This document shows, piece by piece, positions 1 to 12,930 of a stretch of DNA of 64,000 nt (its first letter is position 1; each line of letters begins with the position of its first letter). The notes beneath the pieces are model-generated. The model was not told the DNA's origin. It made no database searches and saw only the letters and a program-made list of their open reading frames with translations. The position numbers and the translations under genes were made by a program. The DNA is from Paraspadella gotoi (lineage: Eukaryota > Animalia > Chaetognatha). The stretch is from NCBI GenBank assembly GCA_051294375.1, contig CM119265.1, positions 12,327,866 through 12,391,865 on the forward strand, in the 5' to 3' direction.

Positions 1-152
1 AATCTTTATTATTTGATGATTACTATTATGATTACTAATAAATGTTTTGAATTAATTAATTAATTAATTAATGTGAAAAATGATGCAATTTAAAAAAATT
101 ATGCAAGTTGAAAAAATGATGCAAGCAGAAAAATAATGCAAGTTAAAAAATC

Positions 153-331
153 CTAAAAGCTATAAGGATCGTCGCAATTGCAAGAGAGAGAGAGAGAGAG
201 AGAAGAGAACCGCGACGCCACACAAGAGAGCAGAAATGAGCATAAGGATCGTCGCAATTGCAAAGAGAGAGAGAGAAGAGAGAGAGAGAGAAGAAGAGCA
301 GACAAATGAGCATAAGGATCGTCGCAATTGC

Positions 332-363
<32 letters not shown>

Positions 364-370
364 TCCGAGA
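153..370 (-). repeat. Three tandem 3' ends of the HINE-like family 1 element, separated by (GA)n microsatellite
   Basis: TAAGGATCGTCGCAATTGCAA occurs three times (~163, ~243, ~313). It is the reverse complement of the GCGATTGCGACGATCCTTA end motif seen at 29635, 46008 and 58414. Confidence 0.7.
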
Positions 371-698
371 TAAAAATTAGCAATATAAAAAGTTGTTATT
401 TTACTCACTGAATAAAAATACTTAAAATACTTACAAATACATAAAATTGATAAAATTATTATTCCGATAACATGCATTATATCTAGTAAGGGCGGGCCAA
501 AAATTGAACACTTTTTATAACTTCTAGTTCTCTCAAAAAAATGGCTGAACGATTGTGGACGTGAGGTGGTTGTGAATAATATTCACTGAATATATCACCA
601 CAGTACCCTTTTTTGTGAACAGAACACATTCCAAAAAAATTTTTCCAATTTTTTTTATTATTTTTGTTTTGAACAGATGTACAGACGTTTACTCTTTC

Positions 699-990
699 AC
701 ATCGCATCAATCATTTGGTTATCATCACATAAATCATTTGGTTATCATCGCATCAATTATTGGTTATAATCGCATCAATATTTGGTTATGCATCGCATCA
801 ATATTGGTTATCATCGCATCAATATTTGGTTATCATCGCGTCAATAATTGGTTATCATCGCATAATAATCAATTCCTACTACATAAATAATTACTATTAC
901 ATCAATAATTCGTAATCACATCGGATGTTTTCATTAATTTTCTTTAATAGCTAGCTGGCTCGATCAATACTACTTTTAAGATTTTTTAAA
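699..990 (+). repeat. ~23-bp minisatellite (CATCGCATCAATCATTTGGTTAT, about 7 copies) plus the 3' end of a HINE-like family 3 element
   Basis: Visible tandem units at 699-870. The unit and the downstream TTTTCATTAATTTTCTTT...CTTTTAAGATT recur in single copy at 12121-12211. Confidence 0.7.
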
Positions 991-2855
991 AAAATTTTAT
1001 TAAAAATAAAAAGAAAAATTGACAAAAGTGATTAAATTATTAACAAGTTTGAGCAAACGATATCAGAATGTACTTATTTTTATTTACTGTAAGAAAAGTG
1101 CATTCCCCTTTTCTTTTTAACGTAGTTCAAACCTATTAAAATAAAAACAATTATTAAGGTAAGTAATTTTTTTTAATATTAAAAGTTTTTAACCTATAGT
1201 CTTTTTTTAAAAATTATTTTAGCAAAACAAAGGCTCTCTATTCAATTGAGGCATAATTTTCTTTTTAATCTTTCACAAACATTGTTAAAAATATCATTTT
1301 TAAAAAGATTATCAAATAGCCTAAAACAATAGGTTTAAAAAAATTTATTTGGTAAGAAAAATATAATTATACTAATAGTGCGAGTATGTAACATAGTCAA
1401 TTTTTTCCGCTCTACAAGATAGATTGGGTTTCGTCCCTTAGTAATAAATCTTTAAAAGATATTATTGAAAAAGTCAATTTTTTACCTTTTTTTTTATTTT
1501 TTTCAAGAGTTGGCCACATTTACTGTAAATTTTTTTTTTGAAAACAAATGTTCAAAAAATTCATATGATATATGGGCACCTTTTATACAAACGTTTTTTG
1601 ATTTGAAAACTTTCATATATGGAAAGGTCTACTCTTTATGTCTGCATTAAAACTCTGACTTTGGTTTGTGCAATGTTAGTAGAAAAGATATGTGAACCAA
1701 AATGTTGTGAGGTTGTCCTCAATATTGCAAAAAATTTAAGTCCTTACTAAATCCTAGTCTTTGAAGAACCTCTGCCCTTGCCGCTTCGGCCATGAGAGAA
1801 TGCTTCAAATGCCTATTAAAAAATCTTATTCTTTTTTTCATAAAAAATATAAATAATGACACTTCTTCCCTTGATATCTTTGTGCAAATCTTATTCTTCT
1901 CTCACTTAAAATTTTGATAGCAAATAGATATTACATTTTCAAAGTTAAATTAAATTTTTTTTTCCAATACATGGACCCAATCATTTTTTAAAAGGTTTTG
2001 AAAAAAGAGACAATTTTCTTAATTTTTACAAATGTATGAGACTGTAAACAAGAACAAGAAATCAAATTTTAAAACAAAAATAGATTTGGAATCAGCATGA
2101 TTTTGCTTTAAAACCCTTTATAGTTTTTAAATATTTTAATTAGTTTTAAGACTATAATATATTTATAATATTGGAAAAAATATTTTTGGAATTTAAAATA
2201 ATTTTTTAAAATTTTATTTTTTACTTATTAAAACTGCTATTGTTCAATGTATCATTTTGTATAAAAAAGGAATCAATTACCTTGGATATTTTCAGAATAC
2301 TTTTGAATATTATTCAGTTGACTAAATTAATTATTAAAACAAAAAAAATTAAAATAATTCAAAAATTTGATTACATCATTATGTAGGTCTCGTCTAGGAG
2401 TATTTATGAGCAAAAAATGATAGGGCTAGCTTCATTAATAACTGCGCTAGAGCAAATATTGTAAAAAAAATTTTTAGGGTGCTGAGCGCAATTTTTTTGA
2501 ATTTTTAAAAATCCGTCCAATGGGGACACAAACTAACCTTCCTGCATCTATTACTCAAAGTTGAGCTGATTTCAACTCCTAGTTTGAGAGATATCCGCTC
2601 CCTCCAGTTTATCGAGTAAAGAAAAAAATTACTGTATGTATAATATTTTTATATTTTATCATTTAGAAAAAAAAATATTCGAAAGAAGATTAGTTTTCAA
2701 TGAATCAAATTTTTTCACGTTAAGTTCTGCTGGGGAGTATTTCATTTAAAAAAAATCATTGTTCCTAAACGGGAAGCCCAATTTATAAAAAAATATTAAA
2801 CTTTTTTAATTTTTACTCATGACTGTAAGTCAAATCGTTTTTTTCAACATCTTAG

Positions 2856-3854
2856 TTAACGCCTTGCTCTATTACGAGCGACGAATATCACGAGATTCGG
2901 AGCGAAGACAACGTGGACGCCACCTCGGATTTCGCCCTGGCTAACGTCATTAATGCCTTCTTGAATTCTGGAACGGGGGGAAAGTAAGCACCGAAATAGT
3001 CTCAACGATAGTTAATATAAATCTTGGCAGTCTCAAATTCAAATTCAATATTGTTCAGAATTTATTATGGATTTTCACCACGAGGTCAAAACCGGGAATT
3101 CCTCGTACGTGGTCTTTTACTTCCTCGAGACAAACGCGACCAGTTTCGTCTCGGCGTGGACGATGTTATTGATAGATTCAGACCTCGTCCGAACCATGCG
3201 CTAGTTGCCGTCGATTACGTTCCGGGTTGGTCTGAATTTTTCACATTCACTTTTATAGTATGTACTTGTTTTAATATGTGTATCCTTTTTCGCCGGTAGT
3301 GCTAACGCCCGACGAAAAGACTGTTCCCGATCTTTACATGATCGAAGTGACGGTTGAAGCGCAGTCTTCCATTATTTACTACACGGCCGACTTTAGAATT
3401 TATACTCGCAAAGGAGCTAGAAATGTCCAGGTATAAGACATTTTAATCATGTTGTTTAAAGTGTGTAAACGTAAAAACTATCTTTACCCAACTGCTCGCG
3501 TCCAACACCTTCTCCGTCCCTGGTATTCAGATTCACATTCAGCAAATTCGCGACATGGTAATCAAAGAACGGCTCGCGGCCTGGGAGCAGGAATTGCGTC
3601 CTCTAAAAGAACCGCAAGAGGCACTACTTATTCAGCTCAACGATCAAAGTGCCGACGAGGAAATCAAAACGAACTTCGATGATTCTGCGAAGCCGGATCC
3701 GAATGGAGTTAAGGAATATCAAGGAGGGTTAAGGAAACTGTCGCGCGAAAAAGAATTGGAAAATGAAGTACACGAATTAACGCATCTCTTGGAAAGTTTG
3801 ACTAAGGAAAACGCTAACTTGAAAGAGGAGAATAAACGTCTCGCACATAATTGA
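2856..3854 (+). CDS. Schlafen-like (AlbA_2 domain) protein with C-terminal coiled coil; 5' end uncertain
   Basis: Exons 2856-2983, 3059-3225, 3300-3430 and 3531-3854 splice in frame (GT-AG). They give ...DEYHEIRS...NVINAFLNSGTGGKIYYGF...VRGLLL...RDQFRLGVDDVIDRFRP...YVPV...MIEVTV...IYTRKG, which follows the SLFNL1-type AFLNSxGG motif. The start is either ATG 2819 with a 31-nt intron or lies further upstream. Confidence 0.75.
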
Positions 3855-3992
3855 TTTTTGTGAATGGCAGACGGTTATGTCAATTGATGAATTTAAGAAC
3901 ATCTTCCGAGTACCAGAGAACTTAAAATAGTGTTATTGTCGCATTATTAATAATCCTAGTCTGTTACTTTTTTTAGGTAATTTTTGTTAAAA

Positions 3993-4718
3993 ATGGGCAA
4001 GGCAAAGAAAAGAGCCAAAAATTATAGATATAATGTTAACCGAAAAAAACTTTTTAAAAAGTTGAAGAAAGGTCCATCCATAGAGAGGTAAGAGTTGACT
4101 TGAATACTTAACTTTCTTTTCTCTAAAAAATATATTTTTAAATAATTTTCTTTTTAGTGAGGTTCTGAAAACTCATTGGAACAAGAAAACTAGCATTAAT
4201 AAAAATTTGTCTGGAATGGGCCTCTGCGCGGACCCTAACAAGGTAAAGAAAAAATTGTGGGTATTTGTTTTTTTGTCTTTACTTACCATTAGTTTACAAA
4301 ATACAATCAGATGTTGGCGGTTCCCTTGACAAAACACACGATGGCACCTGGAAACGATGAGTTCGACCCGTATTTCGACGATATTCAAGAAACCAAGGCT
4401 AAAACGTCAGTTCTTGAGGAATTTGAGAAGGAAGCTGGTTCGTTTAAGTCTTGATTGTGTTAACCATTGTTGTTCGTCCCTTAAGTTCAATAATATTATT
4501 TTTAAGCGTCGGGGAAAAAGCATCAGGAAAGCATGTCGACTGACGAAGCCAAGTTCGTTTCTCACCTTCTTCAAAACTACGCATCAACTGATTTTAAAAC
4601 GATGGCAAAAGATTACAAAAACTATTGGCAAAACACGCCGTTGCAAATTAAAAAGAAAATTGATCGATTTTCTCGTCTCTATCCCGATGTCTATCGAGAA
4701 CATTTGACAAAGGATTGA
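3993..4718 (+). CDS. NOP16: Nucleolar protein 16
   Basis: Four exons: MGKAKKRAKNYRYNVNRKKL..., WNKKTSINKNLSGMGLCADPN, DFKTMAKDYKNYWQNTPLQIKKKI (Nop16 family motifs). Confidence 0.9.
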
Positions 4719-4904
4719 GTTTCCAGATTTTTTTGACAATTTTTTTGTTTCAGACATTTCTTCATAACGTTGAAAAAATAAACATGGGTAGATTGGACGT
4801 AACATTGAGGAGTGATCTTTATTAGCACCTCGTCTATCACGGAGCACTATCTAAGCTCAGGTTTTAATTCATCCATCGCGTTTCAGTTCAAAGAATATCC
4901 CACC

Positions 4905-7089
4905 ATGTTTAGCCTCCGCTTCCTCCGCGGAAAATTACGTCGCCGCGTCATCGTCGCTGCGCTTGTGTCGTCCGTCGTTCTTTTTGTCTACATTACGCTT
5001 AAGCTCCTCACCGCCCACGAGATCGACGTCGTCTCTATGTCCAACGACAGACTGAAGCGACTTCGAGACGAGGAATCTGACCGAGAAGTCGTCCCTCCAT
5101 TGCCAATCAGGCGAACTCGCTTACCTCGGGACAATCGAACGGACCTCAACGAAGTACTCATTCCATACAAATTTGGCGGCATCAAATCCTACCTTTTAAA
5201 GGAAGGGTCCAAGGGAAACTACGAGCCTGAAGACAAGGTTCGACGAGAGGGACCCGGTGAGTACGGCCAGCCCGTGCACCTCACCTCCCCGGCTGACCAA
5301 GAAAAACGTCGTTCGACTCTTCGCGATTTCGGCTTCAACATCGCCGTCAGTGACAAGATCGCCATGGATCGCGCGATCCCTGACACTCGTCCTGTTGAGT
5401 GCCGTCGGTGGAAGTATCCTTTATATCTTCCGCGTACAAGCGTCGTCATCGTCTTTCACAACGAAGCATGGACGCCCTTGTTGCGTACCGTCCATTCTGT
5501 GGTCAATCGAACTCCGCGAAAATTACTTCAGGAAGTAGTGATGTTCGACGACTTCAGCGATAAGATTCACCTGAAGATTCGATTACGTCAGTATCTGGAA
5601 AAGACGTTCGGAAACCTGGTGAAGCTGTACCGAGCGGAGAAGCGCGAAGGACTTATCAACGCTAGATCGATTGGTGCCAAGTTTTCCGTGGGTGATGTCA
5701 TCGTCTTTCTCGACGCCCACTGTGAAGTTGGCGTTAATTGGCTACCCCCGCTCGTCTCCCGCATTGCTTACAACCGAACTATAATGACCGTTCCGATCGT
5801 TGATTCAATCGATTGGGACACATTTATGTATCGCAGTACCTACGCCGAGGGCAAACTCTTTCGCGGTATCTTCGAGTGGGGTTTTTTGTACAAGGAGATA
5901 GAAGTTCCAGAAAGAGAGAGGAACCGTCATCGGTATCATTCTGAACCTTACGCTAGCCCCACTCATGCAGGTGGCCTCTTTGCCATTGACAGGGAATTCT
6001 TCCTTAAGTTGGGCGCCTATGATACTGGCATGTTAATTTGGGGAGGAGAGAATTACGAGCTTAGTTTCAAGGTAATTTCGCGATGCTAAATATTTGGGAA
6101 TTGCGACAGAGGATGTCTTGCAGATCGGAGGTTTTACTGTCTATCGTTTTTTTAGATTTGGATGTGCGGTGGATCCATTGAATGGGTTCCTTGCTCCCAT
6201 GTCGGCCACGTGTATCGAAATCATATGCCTTACACCTTTGGTAACATCAACACAAAGGTAAATGCTTCACTTAAATTTCGCTTCTTTACAATTACATGTT
6301 CCTCAAATTATGGAAGTAACTCTTGAAACAGATCTCTCCCGTGCTTCTCAACTATCGGCGAGTCGCGGATGTGTGGCTCGACGATTATAATGAGTATTTA
6401 TATCGACGAGAGCCAACTTTACGTTTCCACGACGCGGGCAATCTCACAGCTCAAAAGAATTTCAGGAAAACTCATAAATGTGAAACTTTCAAGGTATTTT
6501 TGGAGACTGGCACATTTAACCAAAATATTTCAATTCAAATGGTATTTTTAAAATAAGTGGTTTATGGATAATGTGGCGTACGACGTGGAATCCAAATATC
6601 CTCTTCCTGCCGAAAATGTCCAGTGGGGCGAAATCGTAGCAGAATTCTCTGACACCTGCTGGGACACTCACGGACATTCTTGGGGAGAAGTGATTGGAAC
6701 CTCTAGCTGTCATCACACCGGTGGAAATCAATTGTTTAGGTAATAATCATTGTCAGGAACTTTCGACTTTTTTTGTACGCGGATAATGCTTCCTTTTTCT
6801 GGTGTGCCGAAGGCTTAACTCGGAGGGACAAATGGCTTCCGGAGAACGCTGCCTCGACGCCGGTTCTATGGATGGCGATACGAGAACGTTAAAACTTGAG
6901 CTGATTTGGTGCCCGACCTCTAATGAGGGTCCTTGGAAATACGACGTCGAAAATAAACGAATTTCTCACATTGCGAAAAACCTTTGCGCCGACGCAGAGG
7001 GAAAGCAAAACGGCCATTTGAGGCTAAAAGAATGCGATGTTGAAAAAAAATCGCAAAAATGGCTCTTTAAGAAAGTTAGGACGGGCTAG
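4905..7089 (+). CDS. GALNT7: Polypeptide N-acetylgalactosaminyltransferase, GALNT7/pgant7-like
   Basis: N-terminal TM anchor; [24 protein letters not shown] (DxH), [28 protein letters not shown]; C-terminal ricin-type lectin domain (GGNQLFR, QKW). Five exons. The subfamily call is less certain than the family. Confidence 0.88.
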
Positions 7090-7530
7090 ATTTTATTTTA
7101 AATTTCATCTTGATTCTCGATATTACTAGTCTTTATGAATTTTTATTTAGTCGATATTCTTCTTCCCTAGGATAAATCGAAGGTTTATTCCTCTGTTTTT
7201 TTACCTCAAATGTTTAGATTTATTGACTTTTCACTCGTTAGGATTCTGTTATTCCATTTCATCTCTATAGTTAGTTAGTTCAAAATCAAACTGTAGTCGC
7301 AGAGTGCATCATCCGAAAACATTATAAAATCGTTTTATATCTTTATGTCCGGCTTTGGACTATTTATCATTTATATTTAATAAATATAATTTCGACACTT
7401 TACATAATTTCACTCTTATTTGTTGGTACTCCTGAGTCTATAAGTACAAACCGCTTTATAAGAAAATAATTTTACATTGTTATTTCGCGAAGTCAAGTTG
7501 TTATATCAAATACCAAAATTAAATAAGACA

Positions 7531-9285
7531 ATGATTTCGACGGAGCCTGCGTGTTACACCACTTTGCATCTGGCGAGCGACTCCGAGCCTCCCACGGAGA
7601 TGAAGCTCAAAGAAGATTTGGAAAACGGGGACACTAAAACGAAGATCGAGGCGCTGAAAAAGACGATTACGCTTATCCTCAATGGAGAAAAGATGCCGTC
7701 GTTGTTGATGACGATCATTAGATTTGTGTTGCCTCTTCAGGTAAAAATGTGAACGGCTACTTGAGGAGAATTTTATAGCTTTATATCTTGTAATAGTGAT
7801 GGAGGCCTTAATCCACCATAGCCTGTTCAAATTCAAACATTCTTTGAAATATTATACCATTTTATTGTTATGGAAGCCAAGTACTGAGGAAGTGAATAGG
7901 CGAGACTGTAAGAAAGTCTTGGTTGAATGCTTTCAGAGACCAGCGATGTCCTTATCTTGTTAAAGTGATGAAAGCCTTAAGCAACCATTGCCTGTCCTTG
8001 GTCGGGGGCAACATAGCTTTTTTGATTGAATGAATGAATAATTTCATAATGATTGTCAATTTATTTTAAGCGTTACATTCCCTTCGCAGGACCACACCAT
8101 TAAAAAGCTGTTGCTCATTTTCTGGGAAATAATTCCCAAAACGGCGGCGGACGGACGATTGATGCAAGAAATGATCCTGGTGTGCGACGCGTACCGCAAG
8201 GATCTGCAGCACCCGAATGAGTTTATTCGCGGTTCAACTTTACGATTTCTTTGCAAACTAAAAGAACCAGAGCTCCTTGAGGTTCGAAAATTTTATTTTA
8301 CAAAATCACGCTGAAATTAAATTTTTTCTTTTTTTACAGCCTCTTATGCCAGCTATTCAGGGATGCTTGGAACACCGCCATTCTTATGTTCGTCGAAACG
8401 CAGTTCTTGCAATTTTCACCATTTACCGCAATTTTGAACATCTGATCCCGGATGCTCCAGAGTTAATCGCCAATTTTTTGGAGTCGGAGCAAGACGCATC
8501 CTGCAAGCGCAATGCCTTCATGATGCTGATTCATGCAGATCAAGACAGAGCCTTATCTTATCTAAGTAGTGTTATTGATCAGGTAACATATTTCATTAAT
8601 TGAAGTAATATGGTGGACTAAAATCCACCAACCGTTCATCAGCGGCCATTGGTGCCGGAGGCAAGTCATTCGCTTCCTAACCCAGCTCGGTGGTCGCCTA
8701 GCAGTTAAGAGGGACGGGGCGCTTAACCCGCCTGTAACATCTCTTTTTCTTAAAAATTTGCTTCACAAAAGTGAATTGTTCATGTACGTTTATATGGTTT
8801 CGTCAGGTGACATCATTTAACGACATCTTACAATTGGTCATCGTGGAATTGATATATAAAGTTTGTCACGCGAATCCATCTGAAAGAGCTCGCTTTATTC
8901 GTTGCGTTTATAATCTTCTAAATTCTACTTCACCAGCCGTTAGATACGAAGCCGCGGGGACGCTGGTGACTCTCTCTACCGCGCCAACAGGTGATAGATT
9001 TTATTATTTTAAAAACTTTCCTTTCTCTGATTAAATATTTTTTTGTGCAGCTGTTCGTGCGGCGGCCCAGTGTTACATTGAGCTGATAATTAAAGAGAGC
9101 GATAATAATGTCAAACTCATTGTCTTGGATCGTCTTATTGCGCTCAAAGAAACTCCATCTGCCGAAAAAGTCGTGCAGGAACTTGTCATGGACATTCTTC
9201 GTGTCCTTGGACCTGCAGCCTCGGATTTGGAGGTGAGAAGCGACTAATGGTCGGGACAACTATTATTATTTATTGTTTTAATTAT

Positions 9286-9323
<38 letters not shown>

Positions 9324-12300
9324 AAATGATGCACAACTTTTAAGATTTTTTTCGTAGGTGCGAAAGAAGACCTTGTCACTTGCGTTGGATTTAGTGACCT
9401 CAAGGCATGTCGAAGAGATGGTCCACGTTTTGAAGAAAGAGGTATGAAATTCAGAACTTTTTAAAATGTACGTAGTTAGTGAGCACCTTCGATTATTTAA
9501 ATTTCTTGAGGTTACGAAAACAAATAACGGTAGCGGAGGCAGTACCGAAGATGAGAACGGAAAGTATCGTCAATTGCTCGTTCGCACGCTGCATCAGTGT
9601 TCGGTGCGTTTTCCTGACCAGGCTTCCAAAGTTATCCCTGTGCTCATGGAGTTCCTGTCCGGTTAGTTTTTATTCTCACATACGCTTTTCACTATCGCAG
9701 AAAAATGTTAGTTGTACCTAAACAGTAAACACTGATTTTGTAGATACCAATGAGCTGGCTTCCGCCGATGTTCTGGTCTTCATCCGAGAGGCTATTCAAC
9801 GATTCCCTGACTCAGATCTGAAGGATTTGATTCTGACGAAGCTGTTGGAAGTTTTTCCCACCATCAAGGCGGTTAAAATCTTTCGAGCGGCTCTTTGGAT
9901 TCTTGGCGAATACTGCGAATCCCAAGACTTGATTCAAAGCGTGATGCATCAGGTGATGCGTTGAATTTTGACGAGTTTCTCTATTTTTCGGCGAGTAACA
10001 CTGGACAATCGTTGACAACGTTGCAGGTGCGACAAGCGCTTGGGGACATCCCGATCGTTGATGACGAGATACGTCAGGCTGCTGGAAATACTGCGGCGAC
10101 GGAGGAGGATATTAAAATGACCGGCAGCGTGCCGAAGCAGCTTGTCACCGCCGACGGTACTTACGCCTCTCAGAGCGCCTTCAGCTCTTCGGCTCAATCA
10201 TCTAGGTGTGTCCTTCAGTTCTATAGATACAGTTAAGAGGAAGTGTACTCTCGTATAATTTTGGTTTAATTTTTTTTCGTAAACATATGTTTATAAATAA
10301 ATCTAGTATAAGAACGTCTTACTTAAAATCCTTAATTAATTTTATTCTAATTTCTATGCGAGTTTACCAATTTATATTTTTCCCTCACTATTTTAGCCCT
10401 ACAAAGGCTTGCCCGACTCTTCGTCAGTTTCTTTTGGACGGAGATTTTTTCATTGGTGCCGCCTTAGCGACTTCGCTGGTTAAGCTCGGCCTTCGCCATT
10501 CTAAAGTAGCTTCCTCTGTGAAGGCGCAAAATGGGTCAGTTTTTTTTTACGTTACTTGTAAAAAATTGTTAGAAATTTATATAACCTATCGTCTAAATTT
10601 ACTTTTAGTTTCGCTGCTGAGGCGATGCTCGTGATGACGTCTATACTTCACTTGGGTCGAAGCGGCTTGCCAAAGAAGCCGATTAACGACGACGACTGGG
10701 ACAGAATCGCGCTGTGTATACGCGTACTCGCCGACAGCGCCCCTCTCATGACGAACATATTCAGGTAAGTCGGGCCAAAGTTTTAAGCATTGGAGACATT
10801 TCGATTGCACCAATTTCTACATAAACTTAACCTTTTTTATTTATTTACAAAGTGAGGAGTGTCGTCAGTCTCTATCGGCCATGTTGGCTGCCAAAGCAGC
10901 GGAAGAAGGTTTTTCTGAAAAGGGCGCCAACGCCGGCAAGCAGCCATCCATTGCGTCGCACGCCGACGATCCCATCTCTTTCACTCAGCTTTTGAGCAAG
11001 ATGGATCTCGGCGCGGGAACGGAAAACGTCTTTGAAATCACGCTGTCTCAGGTAGGAATTGCTCGTTTGTTCTTTCGGATTTTTTGGGATCGACGTTCTT
11101 TTGTTAGGAATTACTAGAACTTAAAAATTAAAAACTTTGAATCTCAGGCTCTTGGAACTTCCGGCAGTAAAAAGGACTCTGCTGATCCACTTTCGTCGAA
11201 GCTACAAAAGGTCACGCAATTGACTGGTTTTTCTGATCCTGTTTACGCCGAGGCGTACGTTCACGTCAACCAGGTTGGTCGAGGAAAAAGCTTACTTTTT
11301 TTAAATTCAGGTTTTACTAACAAGCGGTTTCTACAAATTACATAGTACGACATCGTTCTGGACGTCTTGGTCGTGAATCAGACGTCTGACACGTTGCAAA
11401 ACGTGACGCTAGAGTTGGCCACTTTGGGCGACCTTCGTTTGGTCGAGAAACCGCAACCTATCACGATGGGACCTCACGACTTCACCAACATCAAGGCCAA
11501 CGTCAAGGTCGCCTCAACTGAAAACGGCATCATTTTCGGCAACATTGTCTACGACGTCACTGGCGCCTTGTCCGACAGAAACTGCGTAGTTTTATCCGGT
11601 TTGTCAATTATCGATAACATACCTATTAGGTTTTTCTGCTTTATTTAAAAATTCTATTTTGGTTTCCAGATATTCACATTGATATTATGGACTACATCGT
11701 ACCTGCTAGCTGCACGGATACGGAATTTCGCCAAATGTGGGCCGAGTTCGAATGGGAAAACAAAGTTTCTGTAAACACTACGATCGCCGACGTCAACGAG
11801 TATCTCCAGCACCTCTTGGCATCGACCAACATGAGATGTCTCACGCCAAAACAGGCCCTTGCTGGTTCGACAACTACTTTTATCGATCGATTGAAGTAAC
11901 GTTTCATTGGTTTTTATCTCGCCAGACGGGCTTAAGCCCGTCTTGGGTGTAGATAACCATTTAATATTGCTTCTTTGTGCCATTGTCGTTACGCTGTTTT
12001 AACATTGAAAATATTCAAGTTTGTAACCTTAGGAAGCTAAAAATGTAAATATGGCTTCATATCATTGAGGTCTTTTAAATTATATTTCATATTCCTAAAC
12101 TTCTAAACAATCAATAATTTATCGCATCAATCATTCGGTATTTTTTTCTGGATTTTTTCATTAATTTTCTTTGATAGTAACATCTGGCGAGATTACTATA
12201 CTTTTAAGATTCTGTTTATTTGCTCCGCAGGCGATTGCGGATTTTTGGCCGCTAACCTCTACGCTCGTTCTATTTTTGGGGAAGACGCTCTTGCCAATGT

Positions 12301-12673
12301 GAGCGTTGAAAAGCCAATCGGATGCGGAGAAGGAACTTCGGTCACCGGACACATTCGTATTCGCGCAAAGAGTCAGGGGATGGCCCTCAGCCTTGGAGAC
12401 AAGATCAACCTAGCGCAAAAGAATGTGGCGGCGCAAGTAAATTCTCCAGATATTTGGCTTTCTTCCTATAAAAAAAACAGGCGATATGAAATAACGGTGA
12501 ATTTTTTTCAGGCTCAGCAACGTGGAGGGGGTAGTTCGGCAAAGCACTCCGCCGATACCATTGGGTCTGACGTTGCCGATTCCGCGGTTGCTGAATCAAA
12601 GCAATCTCAAGTTTCAGCCATGATTTCCGGCGCGGTCAAAAAGGTCGCCGGGTTTGCCGGCACGGGCCATTAA
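7531..12673 (+). CDS. COPB1: Coatomer subunit beta
   Basis: Multi-exon: [91 protein letters not shown]. Confidence 0.97.
11916..12211 (+). mobile_element. Short Helentron/HINE-like element, family 3, in a COPB1 intron
   Basis: Sub-terminal inverted repeats ATCTCGCCAGA (11916) / TCTGGCGAGAT (12183); 5' hairpin AGACGGGC-TTAA-GCCCGTCT; 3' end CTTTTAAGATT; T-run on the 5' side. Confidence 0.65.
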
Positions 12674-12930
12674 GATCGTGATAAGGAATGCTAATTTCGC
12701 GCGTAACTAATTCAAATGTTTTCATGTACATCAAATGGCTTCTAGTCAAACATTCCGATAAGCGCGGCTGTTTGTTTATTATCTTACCTATATTGCCTAG
12801 AAAAATATATACGATTCGCGTTTAAATAATAATTATAATTAAATATATTCATTATTCAATTTGAAAAAAAATATTCGATCCATCGTTCTTAGGTAGACTA
12901 AAAAATGCTGATTGTGCCTTAATTACCGAA

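Noticed and set aside
160-335. CRISPR-like pattern of three ~24-nt direct repeats with spacers
   Set aside because: Spacers are mutually similar GA microsatellite, the context is eukaryotic, and the repeat is a TE terminus.
153-477. Minus-strand ORFs rich in SLSLSL
   Set aside because: Translation of (GA)n microsatellite within TE ends.
1000-2800. AT-rich stretch, probably TE-derived or intronic
   Set aside because: No termini, credible ORF or second copy that I can support.
8705-8718. TTAAGAGGGACGG, similar to a stretch of 18S rRNA
   Set aside because: Only ~13 nt, in sense orientation, with flanks that do not match rRNA.
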